Assembly: GCF_009914755.1 (NCBI RefSeq) | Contig: NC_060928.1 | Reading direction: 5' to 3' (one strand) | Source: the human T2T-CHM13v2.0 reference genome, Homo sapiens | DNA length: 64,000 bases | Shown: in pieces, positions 30,260 through 43,156 of the stretch | How the letters are laid out: each line of letters starts with the position of its first letter | Numbering within the stretch: position 1 is the first letter of the stretch | Program-made: the position numbers and the translations under genes | Notes under the pieces: model-generated | The model's database searches: none | Seen by the model: the letters and a program-made list of their open reading frames with translations, nothing else | What the model was told of the DNA's origin: nothing

Positions 30260-30830
30260 ACAATAGGTAAATGGCACTTACCTTGGTCCTTCAAAAGCAC
30301 ACTTACAAAAACTAAGTGAAAGAAAAAGCCCAATAAACTCACCTGAATCCAGAATTCTTTAATCTAGTGGCATTTTACTTTATAAAACTATTTTAGAGCA
30401 ACTTTTTCTTCTCAAATGTGAAGATTTTAAGTCATCAAGCCATAGTTTTAGACTATATAGATACTCAAATGTCTGTAATCTATGAGAGTAAAGGAAATGT
30501 CATCTCTCAGTGTTTGAGACACCGTTACACTAATTGTTTAAAATGGTAATGAACTACCAAACATTGAGCATCATCTCGGTACAAACCACTGATCTAGGTG
30601 TTGAAATGTTCTTGTTTGAATTAGTTTAATTACTACATTTAAAAAAATTATAAGTATAATTAACTATAATTCAAAACCCAACAAATAAGTTACTATCAAA
30701 GGACAAAGGAAGGGAAATCATTTAAGATAGAATTTTCAACCTAATTGAACATATTTTCTATATGTTTCTTTCATTTGGTTTTTGTAAGTGTACTTTTGAA
30801 GGACCAAGGTAAGTGCCATTTACCTATTGT
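30260..30830. repeat. 66-bp inverted repeat pair (30260-30325 / 30765-30830)
   Basis: Manual alignment gives 63/66 identity in reverse complement; 439-bp spacer. Confidence 0.93.
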
Positions 30831-31943
30831 GTTGCTATATATTTGTTTTGAAGGCAGAAAGATGGAGATTATTTCTCTTGTAGTTATCTAAATTCTAAGT
30901 GTGCACAATTTCATGGATATAGCCCAACATTTAATAATATTAGGAATGGCCAATTTATCATCAAAACAACACTAGAGACATGGAGCCTCATTTAAGCCTC
31001 CTAGCACAATTTCTTCTGCTGGATATTACTATTTATTAATCTCTTACCTCGATGTTTGAAAGCTTAGCTGAGAAGAATGTAACATGATTAATTAGAGTAG
31101 ACAAATCTCAGAAAAGATAGCATAAATACCTACATATACTTTAAAAAATTTGTCATAGACTTCTGTTTCAGAAATGGGACAGTATAAAGTGACAAATTTG
31201 TCTTCTCACTCCTGGAAAAACAGCCATTTTTATTTATAATTATACTAAAATCCTTCTTTTTTGGAGCTCTATGGGCCCTAAATACTTACTATCAAATGTC
31301 TGAGAAACCTCCAAAGCTGCTTCCATTTGGTAATTTTTTTTGGATCCAAGAAAAGAAAAATAAATTTTCATTTTCCTCTCTCTTCCCGCTTTTTTCAGCT
31401 CATTTAATCTTTGTTGCCTTTCAAATTCCACAAACATGTTATTGAGAAACCTCTTGTGAAATGCATGTTTTTTTTCACTGAGCATTTCTTAAGTACCTGC
31501 AATTTACTGGTAACAAGTTCTGGACAGAAATGTTTGTCAGAAAATTTTGATAATGGATTTCATTAGCTCCCCTTTATTGGGGTGGAATAAAACTCAGGCA
31601 CAGCTTAAGTAATTTACTGTCATGAAGACAGTAAGCAAAAGACCCAGGGGAACACTCTAGACATTTCTAACACAGCTTAGTGTGCTCTTCTAACTTTCTA
31701 TTTAGAGAAAAAAACAAAATAGACCAGCAAACAAACAAACAAAAAAAACCACCTCCTGAAACATTTTCTCAGAGACCAAAGGCTGTGGTACTGCATCCTT
31801 ATTAAGTATCCTATCAAGTAAGATAAAATAGTTCTGGAAGGGACCATGTGGGTCATGCATCTTACTTGGCTTCTTTATTCTAACAAATAGGATTTTGGTT
31901 CAAAGAAAAGGAGGAATTAGAAATCACAGTGAATAATAATTGG

Positions 31944-31980
31944 GGTGTGTGTGTGTGTCTGTGTGTGTGTGTGTGTGTGT
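31944..31980. repeat. (GT)n microsatellite
   Basis: Seen directly, with one interruption. Confidence 0.95.
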
Positions 31981-32862
31981 TTGATTCAAACATAACCCCA
32001 ACAGATCACAAAAAAACCTGGACCCATGTGAAACACTGCAGATACAGAGTTGTTTAAAGCAATTCCAGCCTTTCAGGCTCAAACTACAAGTCCGCTTACC
32101 TGTGAAAGGCAGTGAATGTAGTCAATGTACAGTGCCGTGGCCAATAGACCTGGAAGCAAGCCTGGCTCATTGCAGGTACTAAATGAATATTTTTCAAATT
32201 AAATTGACTTGAGTTAAATGTAAAACCTTATTTTTCAACAACAGATTTTTTTTAACAAGTGCCTTATTAAATATTTCATTTTGATTAAAACATCAGAACA
32301 TCTATTCTATATATGATAGCAAAAGAGTTGAAAAGAAAATTATAATTAGTTTACCAGCTGGGCACGTAACATTTTTTGTTTGTAATGCATAAGGAAACAG
32401 CATTGATAGGCATGCTCAAAAATATGGCAATGAGATAATGAGTAACAAAGTTAGAGGCTGATGTTCTGTCTTCATATAACAATTCTTTCTGTGGCTGAAT
32501 TTCATTCCACATGTCTAATATAAAATACCTCTAATAATGCAAAAACTATCATATGAATTCTCATTTATGTTTGAGGCTACTATCAGACAGAGGGGTATCA
32601 TGGCTAGAGCAAAATAAAACTGTTTTTGAAGTCAGAGAGGACAGTATGAGTCCCGTCTATGCTACTTATATCCTAAGTGAGCCTGGGCTAATATTATTTT
32701 GGATTGTCATAATTCTACAAATTAGTTTCCATTGCAGGAACTTTATAGAGACTGGTGAAGTTTGACAGAATTAAAGAATATGAGGTTTGCATGAAATAAA
32801 AAGGGCAAATAGAATTAAACTGAAAAAAAAATGCTCCTTTGAATATAGCCTGAGGACTCAAC

Positions 32863-33436
32863 TGTTACAGGACCAACAGGTTTGTATGCCTGCTGCACAG
32901 TAAGAGAGCAATAAACTGAAACAGCAGGGTTTGCAGCAGAGAAAGAGTTTAATGACTTCAGGGTGCCAAGAGGAGATGGGAGGAGACTTTTAAATGTATC
33001 TCCCTGAGGATTTCCAGGCTGTGGTTTTTAAGGGGATCATGGAGGGTAAGGGGCTGGTAAATTGGGGTCATTGCTTGGTTGGGGCAAGGGGAATGAAATC
33101 ATCAAGATGTGGAAACTGCATTCTTTGGTGATTCAGCTCCTCATGGGGTCCTTCAGATCAGCTGACATCAATAGTTTCACTTGTATTCAGGAGCCAAAAG
33201 AATATCTCAAAGGGAAACTTAACATTTTATAATGTTCAAGTTGTTATCTACAGAGCAGTTAGGAAGAATCACAATCTTGTAGCAAGGGTCTATATGATTC
33301 TGAGGCACCCATGAGGAAGGGGTCAGAGAGAACTAGCCCTAATAATTAATGTTGAATGTGTTGCAAGCTTGGTTTATTTTTATTTCTCCCTCTTCCTTCT
33401 TCTCTGATTAATTTTATGTTTATAGGGACAGTCTCA
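32863..33436 (-). mobile_element. Solo ERV1 LTR (LTR26-like)
   Basis: TG...CA termini; 4-bp TSD caac (32859-32862 and 33437-33440); minus strand starts TGAGACTGTCCCTATAAA. Confidence 0.8.
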
Positions 33437-34679
33437 CAACTACATCTTGGGTCAGACCTTCACTACCATTCCAGGCAATGGTGCTACCTTGTCATGGAGA
33501 TGCTACTGAGCTCATCCCAATATTGACTCAAACTGGGATGAGATAGATGATGTCCACTGGGTAAAATACAGTACAATTTCATACTCACAGTTTGATTGCA
33601 CTAAATATGTGACAAATTTACACATGTTTAAGAAATGTAGAGCCAATTGAATCCGAATGAGAGAGGGATTATTGTTCTCTCTTATTGAGTACCCGATTAT
33701 GTGGTGCCATCTGATACAGATTCTATAAACAGAATTTAAAAATAGAAAGATTGTTACTTCTTGCATCTTCTTTACTTCTAAAAGATCATATATTCCTTTG
33801 TAGAGGATAATATTTTCAAATAAGGATTTATTTCATTTTTCCTCTTTACTACATGGGATGATGTCCAAAAGAACAACCATTCATAAATAAAAGATTCCCA
33901 GATAATCACATATCCTTTAAGTCACCAAAATGGATTTGAGTAGCAAAAGTCACAACACTAGATATATTACACAGATTGTCCAGGCTTTTCTTTAAATTTA
34001 TTTGTCGGCCCTTTTAATGACTAAATTATCATCCTTTGTTTTTCTCTCTGATGAGTGTACTTCTAACACTTTTGTTAGAGTAGCAGATAGTAAAGTTGGT
34101 GAAAAAATAAATACTCTTTCTTTGGTTTTTGAACAGCAGAAATCCGTTAGAAAAACTCTTTCCAAATAATTAATATCATATTATCCTTATTTTGCAAGCA
34201 GATATTTCATGGTTTATTCCAAAAAGACTCATATGGTTCAATACGTAAATATTTTCCCTTGTGTTCTATAAATTTTAAGTGACAGTCTTGTTTGAGGCTG
34301 ATGTCAATCTGTATCTGATCCAGAAGGATAACAATAACTTAAAATATGTTTTGCATTATGTGTCTTGTGTAATGGCGATTTGATTACGGTGAGGGTAAAG
34401 CTGGTGAGCACACTGCTGCTCCAATCTAAGCCTGCTTTCTGCTGCCCAGATGGGCAAATGACCTTCAATAACAGACCTAACCCTCCTGAGAGCAAAATGA
34501 ACTTCCAAAGAGGTACAATACACATTGTATTTCATGCCACCACTTATATAATAAATTGATAATATGTGAAAATACTATTTTGTGCAATAAGCAATTCTAG
34601 GTATTAAATAGGTTTTTGAAGTGTTTCATGTTTTGCACAAGATGAGTTAGCAATGAAACTCCCATGCATATTCTTGTGC

Positions 34680-34815
34680 ATATAAGAACACGGAAGTTCA
34701 GAGGGTTTGAGTAACTAATCCAAAATCACATAATATGAATGATGCTAAAGGGCAGTTAGAGTTAAAATTAGATCCTTTGGAAGCCAAGATCTGCAATCTT
34801 TTTAAATCACCTCAC
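34680..34815 (-). mobile_element. MIR fragment
   Basis: gaagttcagagggtttgagtaactaatccaaaatcaca resembles the MIR core. Confidence 0.5.
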
Positions 34816-35068
34816 CATCTCCCATTTATCTTCTGGTTAAATTTGGACAGACATTATAAAAAGGGGAAACACATTTATAAGTTGTCTCATTGCCATCATT
34901 AACAGTGGTGTAATAATGACAAAATAATTAAAATTTAATTAGTTCTTCCTTTGCTGTCACACCATTGTGAGCTTATATTCTAATCTTGCATCCCCTCAAG
35001 CCTAAATGAATCTTTGAAATGAGGGTTGATTTAAATCGATAGTGGAACTTTGGCTATAGTTACTATTT

Positions 35069-35375
<307 letters not shown>

Positions 35376-35512
35376 TAGTCATTATTTCCTGTAGTGAAAC
35401 AAAATGATGTCCAATCTTAGATCTATGTATTAAATACCCAAAGATGAGAGGTCCAATGCTAGTATTGGACTTTTTTCTCTGTTAGGTACAGGAAAATTGA
35501 AATTTTGTGGGG

Positions 35513-35573
<61 letters not shown>
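35513..35573. repeat. A-run followed by (TA)n
   Basis: Seen directly. Confidence 0.95.
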
Positions 35574-35574
<1 letters not shown>

Positions 35575-35867
35575 CCTTGCCTATCAGTACATGGCATATG
35601 CTCCAAATTTATGGAAATGCATTGGCATTAAAGGACTAGAGCTAATTTGGGTATAACATCAGGAAACACTTAAGGTCTAATGTCTTTTATTTTAGGAACA
35701 TGAAGGTTGGAATTATTGAGACAGCTGGAACATTGAGCTCTATATTTTCCAGAGCTCCAAGAGACACTCAATTTTGTTTAACTATAGAACAAGACCCCAG
35801 GTGATGCTCTAACCTGAAAATTAGCCAGGATCAAATGAAACTATTATGTGGTTTCCACAGAGTAATC

Positions 35868-36486
35868 AACCATTGTGAAAGACAGTGTGGCGATTCTTCA
35901 AAGACCTAGAGACAGAAATATCATTTGACCCAACAATCTCATTACTGGGTATATAACCAAAAGAATATAAATTGTTCTATTATAAAGACACATGCACACA
36001 TATGTTCACTGCAACACTGTTCCCAATAGCAAAGACACGTAATCAACATAAATGCCCAACAATGAGAGGCTGGATAAAGAAAATGTGGCATATATATGCC
36101 ATGGAATACTATGCAGTCATAAAAAGTAATGAGATCATGTCCTTTGCAGGGGCATGGATGGAACTGGCTGCCATTATGCTTAGCAAACTAACGCAGGAAC
36201 AGAAAACCAAATACCACATGTTCCTATGTATACGTGGGAGCTAAATGATGAGAACATGTGGACACATGGTAGGGAACAACACACACTGGGGCCTGTTGAA
36301 GAGTGAGGGGTGGGAGGAGAGAGAAGATCAGGAAGAACAGCTAGCAGATGCTGGGATTAACACCTGAGTGATGGGATGATCTGTGCAGCAAACCACCATA
36401 GCACATGTTTACCTATGTAACAAACCTGTACATCCTGCACATGTACCCCTGAACTTCAAATAAAAGATGGAAATTTAAAAAAAAAA
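35868..36486 (+). mobile_element. 5'-truncated older L1PA 3' end
   Basis: ORF2 C-terminus (WIKKMWHIYAMEYYAVIK); 3' UTR gatgatctgtgcagcaaaccacc; A-tail. Confidence 0.9.
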
Positions 36487-37162
36487 GAGAGAGAGAGAGA
36501 GGCCAATCAGTAGCAGAGAATCTACCTTTCAAAACTGAGGTTTGTTTTTAAAAGCAATCTCTGTGATTGATATATGGAATGTTGACTTTCCAATTTCTGA
36601 CTCAACAATTAGGAAAAGAATGGTTTGGAAGAGATTGATTTTTATAGTTTACAGGTTTTAAAAAATGAAATTTTAATTTGTCTTACATCACTACCCTTAA
36701 GTAAGCATCATGTGACATTTGTGTATATCAAGTATACAAAAAATGGAAATCACAAAACCAACATAAAGATATGAGTTTTATTCATCATTTGGAAGAATAA
36801 AATGCAAAAAGTAAACTTGTATTTATTTATAGGAAGTGGGAGCAGTTCAACATTAGAAAAGAATACTGATCATTATTTTAATATTTAATACTGATCATTA
36901 TATGTGTTTACAAAGGGAGTCAATTGACATTTTTCATATTTTAAAGCAGAAGTATTTTTTGTAATAAAAGCTCAGACTATAATATGTCTTATAATATAAT
37001 ATGGTCTCATAACATAAGACCATAATTATTCCACAGTATCTAATGAGAAATAAACCAGATTTTAAAACTGACCTTAATATGTAAGTGTTTTGTTAATACT
37101 GCTGTATTTTATGTCTAAAACTAGAAATATGGTTGATTATTATATGAGTGGGATATAGTTAC

Positions 37163-37201
37163 TGTATTAGTCAGGGTTTTCTATAGGGACAGAACTAATA
37201 G

Positions 37202-37268
<67 letters not shown>

Positions 37269-37658
37269 GTATACACACACACTTATAAAGGGGAGTTTAT
37301 TAAGTATTAACTCACAGGATCACAAGGTCCCATAATAGGCCATATGCAAGCTGAGGAGCAAAGAAAGCCAGTCCAAGTCTCAAAACTGAAGAACTTGTTT
37401 GAGGACAGGAAGCATCCAGCACGGAAGAAAGATGTAGGCTGGGAGGCGAGGCCAGTCTAGTCTTTTCACGTTTTTCTGCCTGCTAGCTACACTGGCAGCT
37501 GATTAGATTTGCCCATCCAGATTAAAGGTGGGTCTGCGTTTCCCAGCCCACTGACTCAAATGTTAATCTCCTTCGGCAACAACCTCACAGACACACCTAC
37601 GATCAATATTTTGCATCCTTCAACTGAATCAAGTTGACACTCAATATTAATCATCATG
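37163..37658 (-). mobile_element. MLT2A (MLT2A1-like) ERV-L solo LTR with internal (TA)n
   Basis: tgtattagtcagggtt...gggacagaactaatagga[(TA)n]...aagttgacactcaatattaatcatca; near-TSD gttac/gtaac. Confidence 0.85.
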
Positions 37659-37720
37659 GTAACCTCCGGTAGATTTTTTTTTACTATATTTGCCATTTTA
37701 TCTCAGTAGGCAGTATTAAG

Positions 37721-38188
37721 TGTCAGGCCTCTGAGCCCAAGCTAAGCAATCATATACCCTGTGACCTGCACGTACATATCCAGATGGCCGGTTCCCACCT
37801 TAACTGATGACATGCCACCACATAAGAAGTGTAAATGGCCGGTCCTTGCCTTAACTGGTGATATTCCACCACAAAAGACGTGAAAATGGCCGGTCCTTGC
37901 CTTAAGTGATGACATTACCTTGTAAAAGTCCTTTTCCTGGCTCATCCTGGCTCGAAAAGCTCCCCCAATGAGCACCTTGCGACCCCCACTCCTGCCTGCC
38001 AGAGAACAAACCCCGTTTGACTGTAATTTTCCTTTACCTGCCCAAATCCTATATAAAACGGCCCCACCCCTGTCTCCCTTCCCTGACTCTCTTTTCAGAC
38101 TCAGCCCACCTGCACCCAGGTGAAATAAACAGCTTTATTGCTCACACAAAGCCTGTTTGGTGGTCTCTTCACATGGACATGCATGAAA
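37721..38188 (+). promoter_or_regulatory. 5' LTR7 (type I), candidate promoter/enhancer
   Basis: Starts tgtcaggcctctgagcccaagc; three ~51-bp U3 repeats; TATA-like cctatataaaa near 38050; AATAAA at 38125-38130. Activity is not shown. Confidence 0.9.
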
Positions 38189-38190
38189 TT

Positions 38191-38208
38191 TGGTGCCGTG
38201 ACTCAGAT
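38191..38208 (+). other. Primer-binding site for tRNA-His
   Basis: tggtgccgtgactcagat just after the 5' LTR; one mismatch to TGGTGCCGTGACTCGGAT. Confidence 0.9.
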
Positions 38209-38330
38209 TGGGGGACCTCCCTTGGGAGATCAATCCCCTGTCCTCCTGCTCTTTGCTCCATGAAAAAGATCCACCTATGACCTCAGGTCCTCAGACCCAC
38301 CAGCCCAAAGAACACCTCACCAATTTTAAA

Positions 38331-38340
38331 TCGGGTAAGC
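38331..38340 (+). promoter_or_regulatory. HERV-H leader splice donor
   Basis: tcgg|gtaagc about 145 nt downstream of the 5' LTR, the usual HERV-H donor position. Confidence 0.7.
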
Positions 38341-39090
38341 AGCCGCTTCTTACTCTCTTCTCCAACCTCTCTCACTATCCCTCAACCACTTTCTCCTTTC
38401 CACTCTTCAATATCTCCCTTCTCTTAACTTCAATTCCTTTCATTTTCTCGTAGAGACAAAGGAGACATGTTTTATCCATGGACCCAAAACTCTGGCCCCG
38501 GTCACAGACTGGGAAGGCAGCCTTCCCTTGGTTTTTAATCATTGCAGGGACACCTCTCTGATTATTCACCCAGGTTTCAGAGGTGTCAGACCATGCAGGG
38601 ATGCCTGCCTTGGTCCTTCACCCTTAGCGGCAAGTCCCGCTTTTCGGAGGAAGGGGCAAGTACCCCAACCCCTTCTCTCCCTTTCTCCACCTTCTCCACC
38701 TTTCTGGGGGGCAAGAAACCCCCAACCCCTTCTCCTTCACCCTTAACAGCAAGTCCTGCTTTTCTGGGAGAGGGGCAAGTACCCCAACCTCGTATCTCTG
38801 TGCCCCAATCCCTTATTTCCCCACCCCGACCTCTTATCTCTGTGCCCCAATCCCTTATTTCCAAGCCCCAACCTCTTATATCTCTGAGCCCTGATCCTGT
38901 ATTTCCACGCCCCGACCTCATATCTCTGCACCCCAACCTCTTCTCTGCTTTTCTGGAGGGCAAGAACCCCCATCCACGCCCCGACCTCATATCTCTGCAC
39001 CCCAACCTCTTCTCTGCTTTTCTGGAGGGCAAGAACCCCCCACCCCTTCTCCGTGTCTCTACTCTTTTCTCTGGGCTTGCCTCCTTCACT

Positions 39091-40309
39091 ATGGGCAAGC
39101 TTCCACCTTCCATTCCTCCTTCTTCTCCCTTAGCCTGTGTTCTTAAGAACTTGAAACCGCTTCAACTCTCACCTGACTTGAAATCTAAGCATCTTATTTT
39201 CTTGTGCAATGCCGCTTGACCCCAATACAAACTTGACAGTGGTTCCAAGTAGCCAGAAAATGGCACTTTCAATTTTTCCATCCTGCAAGATCTAAATAAT
39301 TCTTATAAAATGGGCAAATGGTGTGAGGTGCCTGACGTCCAGTCATTCTTTTACACAGCTGTCCCTCTCTAGTCTCTGTTCCCAATGCAACTCATCCCAA
39401 ATCTTCCTTCTTTCCCTCCCACCTGTCCCCTCAGTCCCAACCCCAAGTGTCGCTGAGTCTTTCTAATCTTCCTTTTCTACAGACCCATCTGACCTCTCCC
39501 CTCCTTCCCAGGCTGCTCCTCACCAGGCTGAGCTAGGTCCCAATTCTTCCTCAGCCTCCGCTCCTCCACCCTATAATCCTTTTATCACCTCCCCTCCTCA
39601 CACCTGGTCCGGCTTACAGTTTCGTTCTGTGACTAGCCCTCCCCCACCTGCCCAGCAATTTACTCTTAAAAAGGCGGCTGGAGCTAAAGGCATAGTCAAG
39701 GTTAATGCTCCTTTTCCTTTATCCCAAATCAGATAGCGTCTAGGCTTTTATTCATCAAATATAAAAATCCAGCCCAGTTCATGACTCGTTTGGCAGCAAC
39801 CCTGAGACACTTTACAGCCCTAGATCCTAAAATGTCAAAAGGATGTCTTATTCTCAAAATATATTTTATTACCCAATCTGCTCCCAACATTAAATAAAAC
39901 TCCAAAAATTAAATTCCAGCCCTCAAACCACACAACAGGATTTAATTAACCTCACCTTCAAGGTGTACAATAATAGAAAAAAGTTGTAATTCCTTGCCTC
40001 CACTGTGAGACAAACCCCAGCCACATCTCCAGCACACAAGAACTTCCAAACGCCTGAACTGCAGTGGCCAGGCCTTCCTCCAGAACCTTCTCTCCCAGGA
40101 GCTTGTTACAAGTGCCAGAAATCTGGCCACCAGGCCAAGTAATGCCTGCAGCCCAGGATTCCTCCTAAGCCACGTCCCATCTGTGTGGGACCCCACTGGA
40201 AATCGGACTGTCCAACTTACCTGGCAGCCACTCCCAGAGCCCCTGGAACTCTGGCCCAAGGTTCTCTGACTCCTTCCCAGATCTTCTTGGCTTAGCAGCT
40301 GAAGACTGA
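39091..40309 (+). pseudogene. gag: HERV-H gag remnant
   Basis: MGKLPPSIPPSSPLACVLKNL start; zinc knuckles CYKCQKSGHQAK*C and PICVGPHWKSDC; multiple stops. Confidence 0.8.
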
Positions 40310-40375
40310 CGCTGCCCAATCGCCTCGGAAGCCCCTTAGACCATCACGGACGCTGAGCTTCAGGTAACTCTCACA

Positions 40376-42500
40376 GTGGAAGGTAAGTCCGTCCCCTTCT
40401 TAAGCAATACGGAGGCTACCCACTCCACATTACCTTCTTTTCAAGGGCCTGTTTCCCTTGCCTCCATAACTGTTGTGGGTATTGACGGCCAGGCTTCTAA
40501 ACCTCTTAAAACTCCCCAACTCTGGTGCCAACTTAGAAAACACTCTTTTAAGCACTCCTTTTAATTATCCCCACCTGCCCAGTTCCCTTATTAGGCCGAG
40601 ACACTTTAACTAAATTATCTGCTTCCCTAACTATTCCTGGATTACAGCTACATCTCATTGTTGCCCTTCTTCCCAATCCAAAGCCTCCTTTGCATCCTCC
40701 TCTTGTATTCCCCAACCTTAATCCACAACTATAAGAGACCTCTACTCCCTCCTTGGTGACCGATCATGCACCCCTTACCATCTCATTAAAACCTAATCAC
40801 CCTTACCCCGCTCAATGCCAATATCCCATCCCACACCACACTTTAAAAAGATTAAAGCCTGTTATCACACGCCTGCTACAGCATGGCCTTTTAAAGCCTA
40901 TAAACTCTCCTTACAATTCCCCCATTTTACCTGTCCTAGAACCAGACAAGCCTTACAGGTTAGTTCAGGATCTGCACCTTATCAACCAAATTATTTTGCA
41001 TATCTACCCCGTGGTGCCAAACCCATATACTCTCCTATCCTTAATACCTCCCTCCACAACCCATTATTCTGTTCTGTATCTCAAACATGCTTTCTTTACT
41101 ATTCCTTTGCACCCTTCATCCCAGCCTCTCTTTGCTTTCACTTAAACTGACCCTGACACCCATTAGGCTCAGCAAATTACCTGGGCTGTACTGCCGCAAG
41201 GCTTCACAGACAGCCCCCATTACTTCAGTCAAGCCCAAATTTCATCCTCATCTGTTACCTATCTCGGCATAATTCTCATAAAAACACACGTGTTTTCCCT
41301 GCTGATCCTGTCCAGTTAATCTCCCAAACCTTAATCCCTTACAAAACAACAACTCCTTTCCTTCCTAGGCATGGTTAGTGCGGTCAGAATTCTTACACAA
41401 GAGCCAGGACCACACCCTGTGGCCTTTCTGTCCAAACAACTTGACCTTACTGTTTTAGCCTAGCCACCATGTTCCCGTGCAGCGGCTGCTGCTGCCCTAA
41501 TACTTTTAGAGGCCCTCAAAATCACAAACTATGCTCAACTTACTCTCTACATTTCTCATAACTTCCAAAATCTATTTTCTTCCTCACACCTGATGCATAT
41601 ACTTTCTGCTCCCTGGCTCCTTCAGCTGTACTCACTCTTTGTTGAGTCTCCCACAATTACCATTGTTTCTGGCCTGGACTTCAATCCAGCCTCCCACATT
41701 ATTCCTGATACCACACCTAACACCCATGACTGTATCTCTCTGATCCACCTAACGTTCACCCCATTTCCCCATATTTCCTTCTTTCCTGTTCCTCACCCTG
41801 ATCACGCTTGATTTATTGATGGCAGTTCCACCAGGCCTAATCTCCACACACCAGCAAAGGCAGGCTATGCTATAGAACAAGCCACTAGCCCGCCTCTTAA
41901 AACCTCTCATTTCCTTTCCATCGTGGAAATCTATCCTCAAGGAAATAACTTTTCAGTGTTCCATCTGCTATTCTACTACTCCTCAAGGATTATTCAGGCC
42001 CCCTCCCTCACCTACACATCAAGCTCCAGGTTTTGCCCCCACCCAGAACTGGTAAATTAGCTTTACTCAACATGCCCCGAGTCAGAAAACTAAAATACCT
42101 CTTAGTCTGGGTAGACACTTTCACTGGTTGGGTAGAGGCCTTTCCTACAGGGTCTGAGAAGGCCACCGCAGTCATTTCTTCCCTTCTGTCAGACATAATT
42201 CCTCAGTTTAGCCTTCCCACCTCTATACAGTCTGATAACAGACCAGCCTTTATTAGTCAAATCAGCCAAGCAGTTTTTCAGGCTCTTAGTATTCAGTGAA
42301 ACCTTTATATCCCTAACGGTCCTCCATCTTCAGGAAAAGTAGAACGGACTAAAGGTCTTTTAAAAACACACCTCACCAAGCTCAGCCACCAACTTAAAAA
42401 GGACTGGACAATAGTTTTACCACTTTCCCCTCTTAGAAATCAGACCTGTCCTCAGAATGCTACAAGGTACAGTCCATTTGAGCTCCTGTATAGATGCTCC
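40376..42500 (+). pseudogene. pol: HERV-H pro-pol remnant (protease, partial RT, partial integrase)
   Basis: VPFLSNTEATHS (degenerate DTGA); PINSPYNSPILPV...YRLVQDL...LKHAFFTIPL; YLLVWVDTFTGWVEAFP...IQSDNRPAF. Many stops and deletions. Confidence 0.88.
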
Positions 42501-43156
42501 TTTTTATTAGGCCCCAGTCTAATTCCAGACACCAGACCAACTTAGACTGTGCCCCAAGAAAACTTGTCATCCCTACTATCTTCTGTCTAGTCATACTCCT
42601 ATTCACCATTCTCAACTACTCATACATGCCCTGCTTTTGTTTACACTGCTGGTTTACACTGTTTCTCCAAGCCATCACAGCTGATATCTCCTGGTGCTAT
42701 CCCCAAACTGCCACTCTTAACTCTTGAACTAAATAAATAATCTTTGCTGGCAGGACTATGCTGAATCTCCTTAGGCAGTCTCTAATCAGATGTCCTGGGT
42801 CGTCCCAATTCTTAGGCCTTTTATACCTGTTTTTCTCCTTCTGTTATTCCATTTAGTTTTTCAATTCATACAAAACCATATCCAGGCCATCACCAATCAT
42901 TCTACACAACAAATGTTTCTTCTAACAACCCCACAACATCGCAACATCATCTAACAACCCTTACCACAAAATCTTCCTTCAGCTTAATCTCTCCAGTGGG
43001 AGAGATTAAGGTTCCTATGCCGCCCCTAATCCGGCTCAAAGCAGCCCAGAGAAACATCGCCCATTATCTCTCCATACCATCCCCCCAAATTTTTGCCGTC
43101 CCAATACTTTACCACTATTTCGTTTTATTTTTCTTATTAATATAAGAAGACAGGAA

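Noticed and set aside
30260-30830. Interpretation of the inverted pair as a MITE
   Set aside because: No TA or 8-bp TSD at the outer ends and no TIR motif I recognise. Kept as an inverted duplication pending a Dfam search.
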